NCBI GenBank assembly: GCA_042577285.1
Contig: JBHPDM010000004.1
Coordinates: forward strand, 1 to 52,881
Source: Candidatus Omnitrophota bacterium
GTDB lineage: Bacteria > Omnitrophota > Gorgyraeia > Gygaellales > Profunditerraquicolaceae
DNA length: 52,881 nucleotides
Direction of reading: 5' to 3'
Shown here piece by piece: positions 17,369 through 27,226 of the stretch. Below the pieces are notes generated by a model, which worked only from the letters and a program-made list of their open reading frames with translations, was not told the origin of the DNA and ran no database searches. Both the position numbers and the translations under genes were made by a program. Every line of letters starts with the position of its first letter. Positions within the stretch are counted from its first letter, which is position 1.

Positions 17369-18061
17369 TTACACTAATTTTCTGGCAAAAAAAGGAGAAA
17401 ATACAAGGTATAGCAAAAATATTACAAAAAGCGTCGTGCCTGCCTTTCCTAGATACCCCGCCAGGATCAATAAGATCGCTGCAAATAATACTACCGAAAC
17501 CACCCTTTTGCCAAATAGCTGCTTTAAGCCATCCAGGTTTAGATATCTTACGCGGGAGACCATCAGAAAGCTAAGCAGTAATACTATAAACAGGAATATC
17601 GCCGGAATAAAATTCGAAAATGGCACATCCGGCTTCCTGCGGAAGATCAAGACAAAGGAAGCAAGCACTCCGCCGCTGACAGTAGTAGGCAGTCCGCAAA
17701 AGTGATTTGATAACTTCTCCTTAGGCGTTACATTGTATTTTGCTAACCTGAACACGCTGCAAATAAGATACACCAGCAATGCAAGCGTAGCCCAAAGATA
17801 AAAATCCTGATAGATAAAGATATAGCCTAAAACTGAAGGAGCGATCCCGAAAGAGATCCCATCGACTAAAGAATCTATTTCCTTACCGAATTCACTTGGT
17901 ACCGGGTTACGGCGGGCGATCTGGCCATCCAGGCCGTCAAAGACTACCGAAAGGAGTATTGCCCAGCAGGCAAAGGTAAAGTGGTGTTCCAGCGAGAAGA
18001 TTATCGACATAAAGCCGCCGACCAGAGCCAGCATTGTAATAGAATTCGCCAAAAAGTTCAT
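17369..18061 (-). CDS. pssA: CDP-diacylglycerol--serine O-phosphatidyltransferase
   Basis: CDP-alcohol motif DGLDGQIAR...FGKEIDSLVD, RLAKYNV, GLPTT. Confidence 0.88.
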   Translation of the reverse strand: MNFLANSITMLALVGGFMSIIFSLEHHFTFACWAILLSVVFDGLDGQIARRNPVPSEFGKEIDSLVDGISFGIAPSVLGYIFIYQDFYLWATLALLVYLICSVFRLAKYNVTPKEKLSNHFCGLPTTVSGGVLASFVLIFRRKPDVPFSNFIPAIFLFIVLLLSFLMVSRVRYLNLDGLKQLFGKRVVSVVLFAAILLILAGYLGKAGTTLFVIFLLYLVFSPFFARKLV

Positions 18062-18072
18062 CCTACCCCCCC

Positions 18073-19596
18073 TCACTCTTCTTGCTGTTTATGTATATCG
18101 ATCTTCCATGGATGCGCGGCAATGATCAAAGCGGCAAATAGCGTAAAGATCAACCAATCTCTACCGATAAGTATATTGGAAAGCCGGGGATAATCACCGT
18201 AAGGAGAGCTGATCTCCTTTGTCAGATCATTCAATAATATCACGATCAACAGGATCGGAGTCAAAAACTTAACCGAGAAATCCCACCAGCTGCCGATACG
18301 CAGGCCGCTGGAGATATGATTGATATATTCCCTCAATTTAGAAGCCTTTAAGACCCAGCCCACGAGTATACATTCCAGAATACCGACCACAACCAAACCG
18401 TAATGCGTAAGGAAATGATCCACTATATCAAGCCAAAAGAGGCCTCCCCTGGTGGCAAAGACCATCCCTCCGAAGAATCCCGCAGCAGAAAGAAAGGTCA
18501 CAACCTGCCGCCTGGAGTAATGGAACTTATCGGTTACTGCGCAGCTAAAGGCTTCAAGGATCGAGACGGCTGAGGAGAGACCGGCGACTACCAGGGTGAC
18601 AAAGAACATCACCCCGAAAAGCTGGGCCATTCCGGGAAGCAGGCTGATCGCCTTAGGATAGGCGACAAAGGCTAAACCGATAGATTCTGAGACTATTTCC
18701 CCCAAAGGTTCGCCTGTTGTCATCGCCATATAGCCCAGCGTGCCGAATACGGCGAATCCGGCAAAGATAGAATAAAAACAGTTGGCCAGGCTGATTGTGA
18801 TCGCGTCTTTAGCGATATCAGCCCTTCTCGGCAAGTATGATGCGTAGGCGATCATGATCCCAAAGCCGAGGCTTAGGGTAAAGAATATTTGAGAGAATGC
18901 GTCGATCCAGACCTGCGCCTTAGAAAGCGAAGAAAAGTCAGGACGCAGGTACCATTTGATACCCTCCTTTGCCCCGGGAAGATTGATGCTCCAGACCACT
19001 AAAACAGAAGTGAGGACAAAGAGCACCGGCATGAAGATCTTATTTGCCCGCTCCACGCCCCGCTGGATCCCGAAGAATACCACCAGCCAGTTAATAAACC
19101 AAACAAAGGCAAGGGCAAAGATGATGTTCGTTCGCACATCCCCTAATTGCGCCGGCCCGTCGCTTAACTGCAGAAACTCCTTAAAGAAAAAACCGTTGGG
19201 GTCTGCCCCCCAGGAGAGGTCAAAGGAGAAAAACAGGTAGTTCACGCACCAGGCGATCACTACCGAATAGTAGAGAACGATACCAAACATCACGAAATTT
19301 ACCGCCCACCACCCCAGCCACTCCCAGTGTTTGTTGACCTTGGCAAAACTCATCGGCGCTGAGCCGCGCATCCTCTGTCCCAGCCCGATCTCCAGGATCA
19401 TCAGGGGTATACCTACGACGATCAAGGCAATCCCATAGGGGATAAGAAACGCTCCGCCCCCGTTCTTATAGCAGAGGTAGGGGAAGCGCCAAATGTTGCC
19501 CAGGCCGATCGCAGAACCCACTGCCGCCAAAAGAAATCCCATATGACTCCTCCACTGGGCCCGGTGCGGCTGCATGATCTGATCAGTTTGCTTCAT
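18073..19596 (-). CDS. Sodium-dependent transporter, NSS/SNF family
   Basis: GSAIGLGNIWRFPY, NGGGAFLIPY and QIFFTLSLGFG motifs. Confidence 0.95.
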   Translation of the reverse strand: MKQTDQIMQPHRAQWRSHMGFLLAAVGSAIGLGNIWRFPYLCYKNGGGAFLIPYGIALIVVGIPLMILEIGLGQRMRGSAPMSFAKVNKHWEWLGWWAVNFVMFGIVLYYSVVIAWCVNYLFFSFDLSWGADPNGFFFKEFLQLSDGPAQLGDVRTNIIFALAFVWFINWLVVFFGIQRGVERANKIFMPVLFVLTSVLVVWSINLPGAKEGIKWYLRPDFSSLSKAQVWIDAFSQIFFTLSLGFGIMIAYASYLPRRADIAKDAITISLANCFYSIFAGFAVFGTLGYMAMTTGEPLGEIVSESIGLAFVAYPKAISLLPGMAQLFGVMFFVTLVVAGLSSAVSILEAFSCAVTDKFHYSRRQVVTFLSAAGFFGGMVFATRGGLFWLDIVDHFLTHYGLVVVGILECILVGWVLKASKLREYINHISSGLRIGSWWDFSVKFLTPILLIVILLNDLTKEISSPYGDYPRLSNILIGRDWLIFTLFAALIIAAHPWKIDIHKQQEE

Positions 19597-20054
19597 CTTT
19601 CTTGCTCCTTAAAAAATGAATCAAGCTTTTCTAACGCAGAAGTCAACTCAGGAGTCATTTTATCGCCGAAAGCGATACTCTTTGGCTGGATAATCAAAAC
19701 TATTATATCGGCCTTCAAATTGCTTTGCAAGTAATTAATGGTAAGCGAGATAGAAGCATTGTGGGTAGAAAATAAATTAGTAGTTTTAAGATCCCCTCCC
19801 TCGACTATCCTGCTGTCTCCCGGCTGACCCCCGAAATCGACCGCATCGATGATCACGATATTATCCGGTTTGTCCTTAATGATCTTACCCAGATAATTTT
19901 CGGGGGCGCTACCGGCATCATAAACCGTGTAAGGCACTCTATCTTTAAGCCGGCTTGCCAAAATCGAACCGATCCCGTCATCGCTACGCAGGGTGTTACC
20001 GATCCCCAATATCACCGCTTTGCCCGTAAGGTGCGCCCTCAAATGATCTAACAT
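19593..20054 (-). CDS. hycI: Hydrogenase maturation protease, HycI-like
   Basis: GIGNTLRSDDGIG, DAGSAPEN, IIDAVDFG and STHN motifs. The true start is MLDHL at 20054 (TGATG overlap with the upstream gene). Confidence 0.88.
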   Translation of the reverse strand: MLDHLRAHLTGKAVILGIGNTLRSDDGIGSILASRLKDRVPYTVYDAGSAPENYLGKIIKDKPDNIVIIDAVDFGGQPGDSRIVEGGDLKTTNLFSTHNASISLTINYLQSNLKADIIVLIIQPKSIAFGDKMTPELTSALEKLDSFFKEQER

Positions 20055-20512
20055 CACTTCTTCCTGATCTTGCCGATCTCCTCCTGCAGGGTACCCATCG
20101 GACAGACTGCGCACCACCCCCTGTGTTTGGTGGACACCCCTAAGATGATCGAGATGATCGTAGTCAAAAGGCACATCCCGACAAAAACATAGCCGATAGC
20201 AATAAGGCTGCCCCCTGTACCGCGTATGCGCAATATAAAAAATGCAATAAACAGGACAAATACCGACCAGCGGAACCACTGCTTTGTAAAGACTTTAGGC
20301 AGAGGCTTCTTAGCGCTGACCCTGGAAAGTGCAATATCCAGAAATGCCCCCCTGGGGCAGAGGTTCCAGCACCAATACCTCCCCTTGAAAAATGAGAGTA
20401 CAATAAAAAACGCCATCATCGCCAGGACTAAATATCCCAATAAAGGGTAAAATAGCCCCCCCATGACAATTACCGGAAGAAACCATACCATTATTGCTTG
20501 AGACTTCTTCAT
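20054..20512 (-). CDS. Membrane 4Fe-4S binding protein
   Basis: TM helices with GRYWCWNLCPRG and RGWCAVCPMG motifs. Confidence 0.8.
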   Translation of the reverse strand: MKKSQAIMVWFLPVIVMGGLFYPLLGYLVLAMMAFFIVLSFFKGRYWCWNLCPRGAFLDIALSRVSAKKPLPKVFTKQWFRWSVFVLFIAFFILRIRGTGGSLIAIGYVFVGMCLLTTIISIILGVSTKHRGWCAVCPMGTLQEEIGKIRKK

Positions 20513-20530
20513 TTATTCCTCCATTATTTT

Positions 20531-20597
20531 GCGGGTGGCTCGGACTGATTTTCGAGGTGCGTACTGCACCGAGAAAACAGTCCGAGACAGGACCCGC
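20531..20597. other. 67-nt imperfect long hairpin directly upstream of an RBS
   Basis: Nested stems GCGGGT/ACCCGC, TCGGACTG/CAGTCCGA, TTTTC/GAAAA and GGTGC/GCACC. Confidence 0.7.
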
Positions 20598-20626
20598 AAG
20601 ATTCGCTCGAAAACCGTCAGGTCCAT

Positions 20627-21283
20627 TTACAGAGGTATGCCTAGATCTCTTACAATAACTCGCCCGCAGAACTTTGGCCCATCACCGACAACCATCCCCC
20701 TCTTCTTCGCCACAAAAGTAACGGTTCTATCGGCTTTGATACAACACCCCAAAACCCTTCCTGTTGTTGCATCTAATCCGGATGGTATATCAACAGCTAA
20801 AACCTTAGCCGGCGACTTGTTAATCAACCCGATCAACTCTCGGTAAATTCCCCTGACCTCGCCCTTAAGCCCTACCCCTAAAAGCGCGTCAATTATCAGA
20901 GGGTATCTTGAAATCTTCCTTTTTATCCCGGCCAAATCGCGCTCTTTTATCTGAATAATCCCGTGCTTTAGCTTACGGAGGATCTCTAAATTAACCCGCG
21001 CTTCATTTTTTACATCCTTGATCGACCCTGCTAAAAAGATCTCTGCTTTTATGCCGGAAACTAAAAGATGGCGCGCCGCTACAAATCCATCCCCGCCGTT
21101 ATTACCCTTACCGCATAATATGGCAACCCGGACCTTTGCGCTCCGGATCCTTATTGCTTCTTCGGCTATCTCTCTGCCGGCATTCTCCATTAAAACCAGA
21201 GTGGATATACCGAGCATCTTTTGCGCCATAAGATCTATCGCCTTCGCTTCTTTGGCACTCAATAAATGTGACTTTAGCGCCAT
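20627..21283 (-). CDS. nnrE: NAD(P)H-hydrate epimerase (YjeF N-terminal domain)
   Basis: LMENAG, CGKGNNGGDG, IIDALLGVG and AVDIPSGLD motifs. Confidence 0.93.
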   Translation of the reverse strand: MALKSHLLSAKEAKAIDLMAQKMLGISTLVLMENAGREIAEEAIRIRSAKVRVAILCGKGNNGGDGFVAARHLLVSGIKAEIFLAGSIKDVKNEARVNLEILRKLKHGIIQIKERDLAGIKRKISRYPLIIDALLGVGLKGEVRGIYRELIGLINKSPAKVLAVDIPSGLDATTGRVLGCCIKADRTVTFVAKKRGMVVGDGPKFCGRVIVRDLGIPL

Positions 21284-21768
21284 TACTCTATGACCACCTT
21301 CTGGATGTCAAAAGAAACTCCCTGTTCCTGCGCTACCAGCCACTTCTCTAAGAAGGAAAACAGTTTTGTCGAAATAGTCTCCCTGGCAAAAGTACTGGGG
21401 GAGGATACCTCGATCAACGTGCTTTTTTCGTCGAACTTACTAAAAAAAACACCTACGGGAGTAGTGTCCTCCTCTGATAGAAATACTGCGATCATCTGCT
21501 TTGAGGCATCCCTGGCATAAGTGTATGTGCCGATACGCGCTAATATCTCTTCACTCTTCTTAAGGCAGGTATCGTAATCAGCGTTGAACTTCATACTGAT
21601 CGCTTCATCCCTGCCATCCTCAAGGACCTTAGTGGAGACACCGGCAAATCCCTTGCCCCATTCTTTTAGCGTCGCACAACCGGCTAATGTCAAAAATAAC
21701 CAGCAACTGATAATCAATGATAAGACTATTCTTTTGCCGCGCGCCACATGCCATAAGCGATTATGCAT
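21283..21768 (-). CDS. Hypothetical lipoprotein
   Basis: Lipobox LAGC and a small alpha/beta domain. Confidence 0.7.
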   Translation of the reverse strand: MHNRLWHVARGKRIVLSLIISCWLFLTLAGCATLKEWGKGFAGVSTKVLEDGRDEAISMKFNADYDTCLKKSEEILARIGTYTYARDASKQMIAVFLSEEDTTPVGVFFSKFDEKSTLIEVSSPSTFARETISTKLFSFLEKWLVAQEQGVSFDIQKVVIE

Positions 21769-21780
21769 CGTGCCTCCTTT

Positions 21781-23787
21781 TTATTCTTTTATAATACCTT
21801 TTAGATCTTTAAGTCTCCTGCGCGCTTCTTCTTCCCCTCTTTTTGCGAACTCACGCGCCTTATGCAGCTCAAGCCAATATAGCCCTTGCGTATTCGGATG
21901 TAATACGATATCCGCCAGCTGCGCCTCCTTCTCGGCCATCTCTGACTGCATCATCTCAATGGTGCTAAAGATAATATCAAGTATGTTGGTCTTAAAACGC
22001 TTTACTAAGAAACGCTTTAGGCTAAAACCTTTCCTCTCTTTATCCTGCTGAACCGTCCCCTGCTTGATCTTCTTCTGCTGCTTCAAGATATCATCCCGCG
22101 AGGGGGTCACGTTGACGGCGATTATCTTCTTCACCCCTGCCTTAAACAACGCCTCAGTGGGTAAAGGATTGAGTATCCCCCCGTCAAAGAGCATCTGTTC
22201 CTTTGACTTAAAAGGCGCAAATACCCCCGGCATACTGCAGCTGGCCATCACTGCATCCGCAAGTAACCCCTTATCTAAGAGCCTGATCTCCTTCTTTCTT
22301 ACGTTGCTGGCGATGATCTTCAGAGGCAATCTGACATCGCAGAAAGTCATACTGCCTAAGTGGCGCTTAAGGAATGCCCGCAGCTTCTTTCCTTTAATAA
22401 AACCAAGCCATGGAAAAGTAAGATCTATTATGCTCCAGAGGTATTGCGGCTTGCGGAACTCTTTCGTGATCTCAAGTATCTCTTTACTGGATCTTCCGAC
22501 CGCCCAAAGGGCGGCGACCAGTGCCCCGATGCTTGAACCAGAGATGATGTCAATCGGTATCTCCTCCTCTTCAATCACCTTCAATACACCGATATGACAG
22601 AAACCGTACGCCACCCCTACCCCCAACGCCAGGCCGATGCGGCAATCGCCCAGCTGGCGTGAGATCCTCCTGATCGCCTTGGCGTATTCGCAATCTGCGG
22701 CCTCCAGCACCAGCCTATCGCTGGCCCCCAGCTCTATTTTAGGCAGGGTGGCGAATATCGGATGCCCCAACAGATCCAACTGCTGCTGACAGGATAGCTT
22801 TGCAAGCTTATACTCATTGACGATCACCTTGATCTTGCCCGGTAAGAAATGAAAATCGCTGTGCAGCCTCATGATCAGACTATTGGTGCGCTTCAGGTCC
22901 ATGGTATCAGAACCGCTTAAGACATGTATAATGTCCGATTGGTTCAGGATCTCAAAGACCGTCTGATCCATCTTAGACGGCAGATCCAGTACTATGTAAT
23001 GGTAATCATTGACAAGCCGGCTTAAGACGTCTAACAGTCTTTTTATGTGGTCTGCATCATCCTCGCCCCATTTGAAAGACAACAAAAGCAGATCCACCCC
23101 AAAGGCGGAATTTACTATATAATCCCGGAACTCCGACGCATCCAAGGAAGCGCTGAGGTCAAAGGTCTTGCAATCGCCTTTGATCTCCATCTTCACCGGT
23201 TGGCTGTGAATATTATTATCGCTGCAGATATCCAGGATGATCACCGACTTGGAAGTCTCGCGACGCAAAGAGAGGGCCAGATTCAATGCATAAACGCTGC
23301 GTCCCGCCCTGGCATAAGAACTGAATACCGAGATGATCGTGCTCTCAAAGATGATCTTCTGATGTATATCCTTATCCTTCAATCGGCGCGAGAGAGTCCT
23401 GCTTAAATCAATGGCAAGGGTCGGGATCTTCTTAAGCAGAACAGTAAAATCATCCTTACTGATCACCAGGAGCAGGCAATCGTTTATCGTCTTAGCGGTC
23501 ACTGAATGCGGCTCTGAGGTAAGCAACGAGATGATCCCAAAATATTTGCCGCGGTGCAGGTATTCCAAAACCGTCTCTTCGCCGCTGTCCGCCTTCGTAA
23601 AAACTGCTGCCCGGCCCAGGATAACGCAATAGAAAGCATCGGGGGCATCACCCTCGGCATAAATCACCTGCCCCTTCTTATACTCCCTAAAGTGTGCTCT
23701 CTCCTTTACGATACGAAACTCCTCCGCGCTCAGGTCAGCGAATAAGGGAATCTCCTTTAGTATTGTCTCTTTATCGACTAACTGCAT
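21781..23787 (-). CDS. cNMP-binding + ParA/MinD-like + patatin phospholipase fusion
   Basis: N-terminal CAP domain (GKYFGIISLL), degenerate P-loop segment (SSYARAGRSVYALNLA), patatin GSSIG and DGG motifs. Confidence 0.85.
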   Translation of the reverse strand: MQLVDKETILKEIPLFADLSAEEFRIVKERAHFREYKKGQVIYAEGDAPDAFYCVILGRAAVFTKADSGEETVLEYLHRGKYFGIISLLTSEPHSVTAKTINDCLLLVISKDDFTVLLKKIPTLAIDLSRTLSRRLKDKDIHQKIIFESTIISVFSSYARAGRSVYALNLALSLRRETSKSVIILDICSDNNIHSQPVKMEIKGDCKTFDLSASLDASEFRDYIVNSAFGVDLLLLSFKWGEDDADHIKRLLDVLSRLVNDYHYIVLDLPSKMDQTVFEILNQSDIIHVLSGSDTMDLKRTNSLIMRLHSDFHFLPGKIKVIVNEYKLAKLSCQQQLDLLGHPIFATLPKIELGASDRLVLEAADCEYAKAIRRISRQLGDCRIGLALGVGVAYGFCHIGVLKVIEEEEIPIDIISGSSIGALVAALWAVGRSSKEILEITKEFRKPQYLWSIIDLTFPWLGFIKGKKLRAFLKRHLGSMTFCDVRLPLKIIASNVRKKEIRLLDKGLLADAVMASCSMPGVFAPFKSKEQMLFDGGILNPLPTEALFKAGVKKIIAVNVTPSRDDILKQQKKIKQGTVQQDKERKGFSLKRFLVKRFKTNILDIIFSTIEMMQSEMAEKEAQLADIVLHPNTQGLYWLELHKAREFAKRGEEEARRRLKDLKGIIKE

Positions 23788-25008
23788 TTAATCAAGCCTC
23801 CCCGTCCGGCAAACCCCGGCAAACCTTTTTGCGCTTTCCCTGACCGTCCGCTTAAAATCCCGGTAATCTACGTTGATCAGTCCGAAGCGCGGCCCAAAGC
23901 CTTGATCCCATTCAAAATTATCCATCAGCGACCAATAGATATAGCCCGATACCTTGCAGCCCTGCTTCATGGCGCAAGAGACGCTCTCGAGATGAGCGCG
24001 GATATACTCCCATCTTTGACGATCATCATTAGTGCAGATTCCGTTTTCAAGTATCATCACCGGCTTAGCGTATCTTTTTAGACTGAGTAGCACGTCAAAT
24101 AGGCCCTGGGGGTAAATATCCCAGCCCAGATAGTTCTTTTCAAAAACACTCCTGACTCTTTCATCGGTATCGACCAACATACTGCGCAGATTCCAGCCGC
24201 TTCCTCCCGCAACTCCGCGCGTATAATAGTTTAAGCCTATGAAATCAAGTGTCGAGCAACTCATTAGCCTTTCAAGAAACTCAAAGTTATAGAGTCTCCT
24301 CTTTAGCCTTAGCGCGAATTTATCCCGCAGTGACCCGGAGGTGGAAAAAAAAGCCTGCATATTCTTGGCAATACTCACCAAGGGAGAGCTCAATCCTGCC
24401 TTGCGATAAATACCGTGAATCTGATGGTAGACCCTCTTATGAGCCAAAAGCATATTCTGCCTTACCCTGAATGCCCGCAGAAATGACTTATCATGCGGAG
24501 GCCAGGCGCCCAGAATGTAAGAATGGTAGATATAAACTATTGGTTCGTTTATCGTCACCCAATATTTTACCTCCCCCGAGAGGCTTTCGACTACCTTCTC
24601 CGCAAAACGGCAGAAATATCCCTCCGCCTTCCGGCTGCCCCAACCCCCAAGCTTGGCGAACCACAAAGGGCTGGTAAAGTGATGCAGTGTGACTATGGGT
24701 TCTATATTGCGCTCTTTAAGGGCAAGGATGACATCCCGGTAATGCTCTATTTCCCGGCTGTCAAACCTGCCATCTTCGGGCTCTATACGGCTCCAGGGGA
24801 TAGAGAGCCGGTGGGCATTGTGAGATAGCGATTTAGCCAGATCGAAATCCTGCTTGAAGAGCTGATAATGACGGCATGCCTCCCCGGAGGGTTCGATCAG
24901 AGGGCTCTTCCTCTCCCAATCCCACCAGTCGCTGTGGATATTATTGCCTTCTACCTGGTGGGCGGATGTAGCCGCGCCCCAGAAAAATCCCTTAGGAAAC
25001 TCCTGCAT
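23788..25008 (-). CDS. Glycoside hydrolase family 1
   Basis: FFWGAATSAHQVEG, TINEP (acid/base), ILENG (nucleophile), WSLMDNFEW. Confidence 0.95.
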   Translation of the reverse strand: MQEFPKGFFWGAATSAHQVEGNNIHSDWWDWERKSPLIEPSGEACRHYQLFKQDFDLAKSLSHNAHRLSIPWSRIEPEDGRFDSREIEHYRDVILALKERNIEPIVTLHHFTSPLWFAKLGGWGSRKAEGYFCRFAEKVVESLSGEVKYWVTINEPIVYIYHSYILGAWPPHDKSFLRAFRVRQNMLLAHKRVYHQIHGIYRKAGLSSPLVSIAKNMQAFFSTSGSLRDKFALRLKRRLYNFEFLERLMSCSTLDFIGLNYYTRGVAGGSGWNLRSMLVDTDERVRSVFEKNYLGWDIYPQGLFDVLLSLKRYAKPVMILENGICTNDDRQRWEYIRAHLESVSCAMKQGCKVSGYIYWSLMDNFEWDQGFGPRFGLINVDYRDFKRTVRESAKRFAGVCRTGRLD

Positions 25009-25034
25009 AATAACCCTATTATAACATCCTCAAA

Positions 25035-25065
25035 TAAAAAAGCCCAACGAAAATGTCAGGCTTTT
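25035..25065 (-). terminator. Intrinsic terminator after the peptidoglycan-binding protein gene
   Basis: AAGCCTGAC/GTTGGGCTT stem followed by T6. Confidence 0.7.
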
Positions 25066-25095
25066 CAATAATAATCGGATCAAACCTCCTTAAGA

Positions 25096-25521
25096 CTACT
25101 CAGAAGCCTCCCCTTCCCTTAAATAACCGCTTAACTTTTCCCAGGTCTTAAGCCCGACCACGCCATCAACCTTAAGCCCGAGGCTCTCCTGAAAATCCCT
25201 GATCGCCTTTTCCGTCTTAGGTCCTCTTTTTCCGTCAATCTTTCCCTCATAAAGCCCGGCGCTCTTCAAGGCCATCTGGATCTTCCTGACCGTAGGCTTA
25301 TAAGGGGGCGCCGGAGGCAAAACACCCAGATCCTCTGTTACAGCCGCCGGCAGCGCCTCTTCCTGGACCTCAGGCGTAGCCTCGCCGATCTGGTCTATCC
25401 TGCTCAACTCCTCCATGGATACGGGCTCCTCCAGGCGCTCGGATTCCGCTCCTTGCCTGCCGCAGCCTGCCATACAGATAACAAAAAATATCGTCAAAAG
25501 AATAAAAAATTCTCTTTTCAT
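25096..25521 (-). CDS. Peptidoglycan-binding domain lipoprotein
   Basis: Lipobox MAGC; PG_binding_1 pattern IQMALKSAGLYEGKIDGKRGPKTEKAIRDFQ...VDGVVGLKTW. Confidence 0.85.
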   Translation of the reverse strand: MKREFFILLTIFFVICMAGCGRQGAESERLEEPVSMEELSRIDQIGEATPEVQEEALPAAVTEDLGVLPPAPPYKPTVRKIQMALKSAGLYEGKIDGKRGPKTEKAIRDFQESLGLKVDGVVGLKTWEKLSGYLREGEASE

Positions 25522-25543
25522 AGGTTGTCCCCTCTCCGCATGG

Positions 25544-26017
25544 CTAGCGGTCATAGGCCCTGATAATTTTGAAGATCTCTCTTTTATTGTCAGCTCGCTT
25601 CAGTAGCTCGATAATAAACTTATCCTTTATAAAAAATGCGATCTTGGCCAGGATCTTAAGATGCTCTCCTACGCAGTCCTTGGGTGAAGCAAGCAGAAAA
25701 AACAGGTAGACCTTTTCTCCGTCCAAAGCGCCGAAATCGATTCCCGCCTTGGATTTAGCAAAACAAAGGAGGATCTCCTTTACCGCCTTGGATCTGGCGT
25801 GAGGTATCGCCACGCCATTTCCTATGGCCGTCGATCCCAGCCTCTCCCTCTCCGATAAAGACCTGTGAAAGGCCTTCTTGTCACGGATCTTACCCGACCT
25901 GGCTGCTGCTGTCACTAACTCGGCGATCAGCCTTGCTTTGTTCTTCTCCTTTAAATCCAGTTCGATCGCCTTTTCTTTCAGGAGACCGGATATCTTAAAG
26001 TCTTTGCTTTTTGCCAT
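25544..26017 (-). CDS. PTS EIIA (PtsN/fructose-type) domain protein
   Basis: RERLGSTAIGNGVAIPHAR phospho-His motif. Confidence 0.9.
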   Translation of the reverse strand: MAKSKDFKISGLLKEKAIELDLKEKNKARLIAELVTAAARSGKIRDKKAFHRSLSERERLGSTAIGNGVAIPHARSKAVKEILLCFAKSKAGIDFGALDGEKVYLFFLLASPKDCVGEHLKILAKIAFFIKDKFIIELLKRADNKREIFKIIRAYDR

Positions 26018-26028
26018 CTATCCTGTCG

Positions 26029-27225
26029 TCAAATGCGCCTAATATCAGGAAAGCGCAGGTTTATGATTAAAAAGAATAATCCGCAAATCGCGCCGCCCAA
26101 TGCCACTGTCAGGGGAGCGCCTATTGCCTCTGCCAGGCTTCCCGCAAGTAGGTTACCGAAAGGCATGATCCCGGCAAAGGTAAACATGAAAGCGCTCATC
26201 ACCCTGCCTCTTACTTCATCCGGAGAGAGCCTCTGCAGCAGGCTATTGATTATCGCGGTAGTCGTCACCCCAGCCCAGCCTAATAATACCAAAAAACCCA
26301 AAGAAAATAAATAACTTTTTGAAAGCGAAAATAATATCAGGGAAATTGAAAATGTGATTGAGGAGAATACCAGGAGTCTTCCTTTGTGCGGGAAATCCCC
26401 CAGGCCAGCCAAGATCAGCCCGGCGATAAGCGCTCCGATACCTACCGCAGACATAAGAAATCCCAGGCCCTTCATTCCCACTAATAAAACATTGCGCGCG
26501 AAGACCGGCATCAGGATCATATAAGATATGCCGAAGAGACTGGTCACCCCCACCATACTGATCAATATAAGTATGGCGCGGTGGCGCCTGATAAACTCAA
26601 GCCCCTCGGCCAGATCCTTCGACAAGGAATTTTTAGCGGCCCCCATCCTGCCGCTATCTATCCTGATCGCCAGAAGTGCCACGATCATCGCCAGGAAACT
26701 TATTCCGTTTATGTAGAAACAACCGCTCATGCCGATAGTAGCCACCAGGATCCCGGCAAGGGCAGGACCGATCATCCGGCTGGAATTAAAAGCGACCGCA
26801 TTAAGCGCCACTGCATTCAATAGATACCTCTTGCCTACCAGCTCTACTATTATCGCTTGGCGGCTTGGGGCATCAAATGCCATCACCACGCCGCTTAGAA
26901 GAGCAATAAACATGATGTGCGGGACCCTGACTATCTGCAGATGAGTCAGAGCCGCCAGAATAAAAGCCAGACACATGAAGACGGTCTGGGTAAAAAGCAG
27001 AATACTCCTCTTATTCATCCTGTCGGCGGCCACTCCGCCGAATAAAGAAAGCAAAAATACCGGGATGAAACTCAAGAACCCGGTCACGCCAAGCAAAAAT
27101 TCCGAATCAGTCAATTGGAAGACCAGCCAGCTGAGAGCGATGATCTGGATCCAGGTACCGACCAATGAAACAAACATGCCGATCCAGTAGATACGGAAGT
27201 TTCTAATGCTCAGGGAGGAAAACAT
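26029..27225 (-). CDS. MFS transporter
   Basis: About 12 TMs, GGVAADRMNKR motif A, AFDAPSRQA. Confidence 0.9.
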   Translation of the reverse strand: MFSSLSIRNFRIYWIGMFVSLVGTWIQIIALSWLVFQLTDSEFLLGVTGFLSFIPVFLLSLFGGVAADRMNKRSILLFTQTVFMCLAFILAALTHLQIVRVPHIMFIALLSGVVMAFDAPSRQAIIVELVGKRYLLNAVALNAVAFNSSRMIGPALAGILVATIGMSGCFYINGISFLAMIVALLAIRIDSGRMGAAKNSLSKDLAEGLEFIRRHRAILILISMVGVTSLFGISYMILMPVFARNVLLVGMKGLGFLMSAVGIGALIAGLILAGLGDFPHKGRLLVFSSITFSISLILFSLSKSYLFSLGFLVLLGWAGVTTTAIINSLLQRLSPDEVRGRVMSAFMFTFAGIMPFGNLLAGSLAEAIGAPLTVALGGAICGLFFLIINLRFPDIRRI

Positions 27226-27226
27226 C

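Noticed and set aside
19593-20279. 228-aa version of hycI
   Set aside because: The first 76 residues are an alternative frame of the upstream FeS gene; the true start is 20054.
20529-20846. Plus-strand 105-aa ORF
   Set aside because: Antisense to nnrE, runs through the hairpin, and has no RBS or motif.
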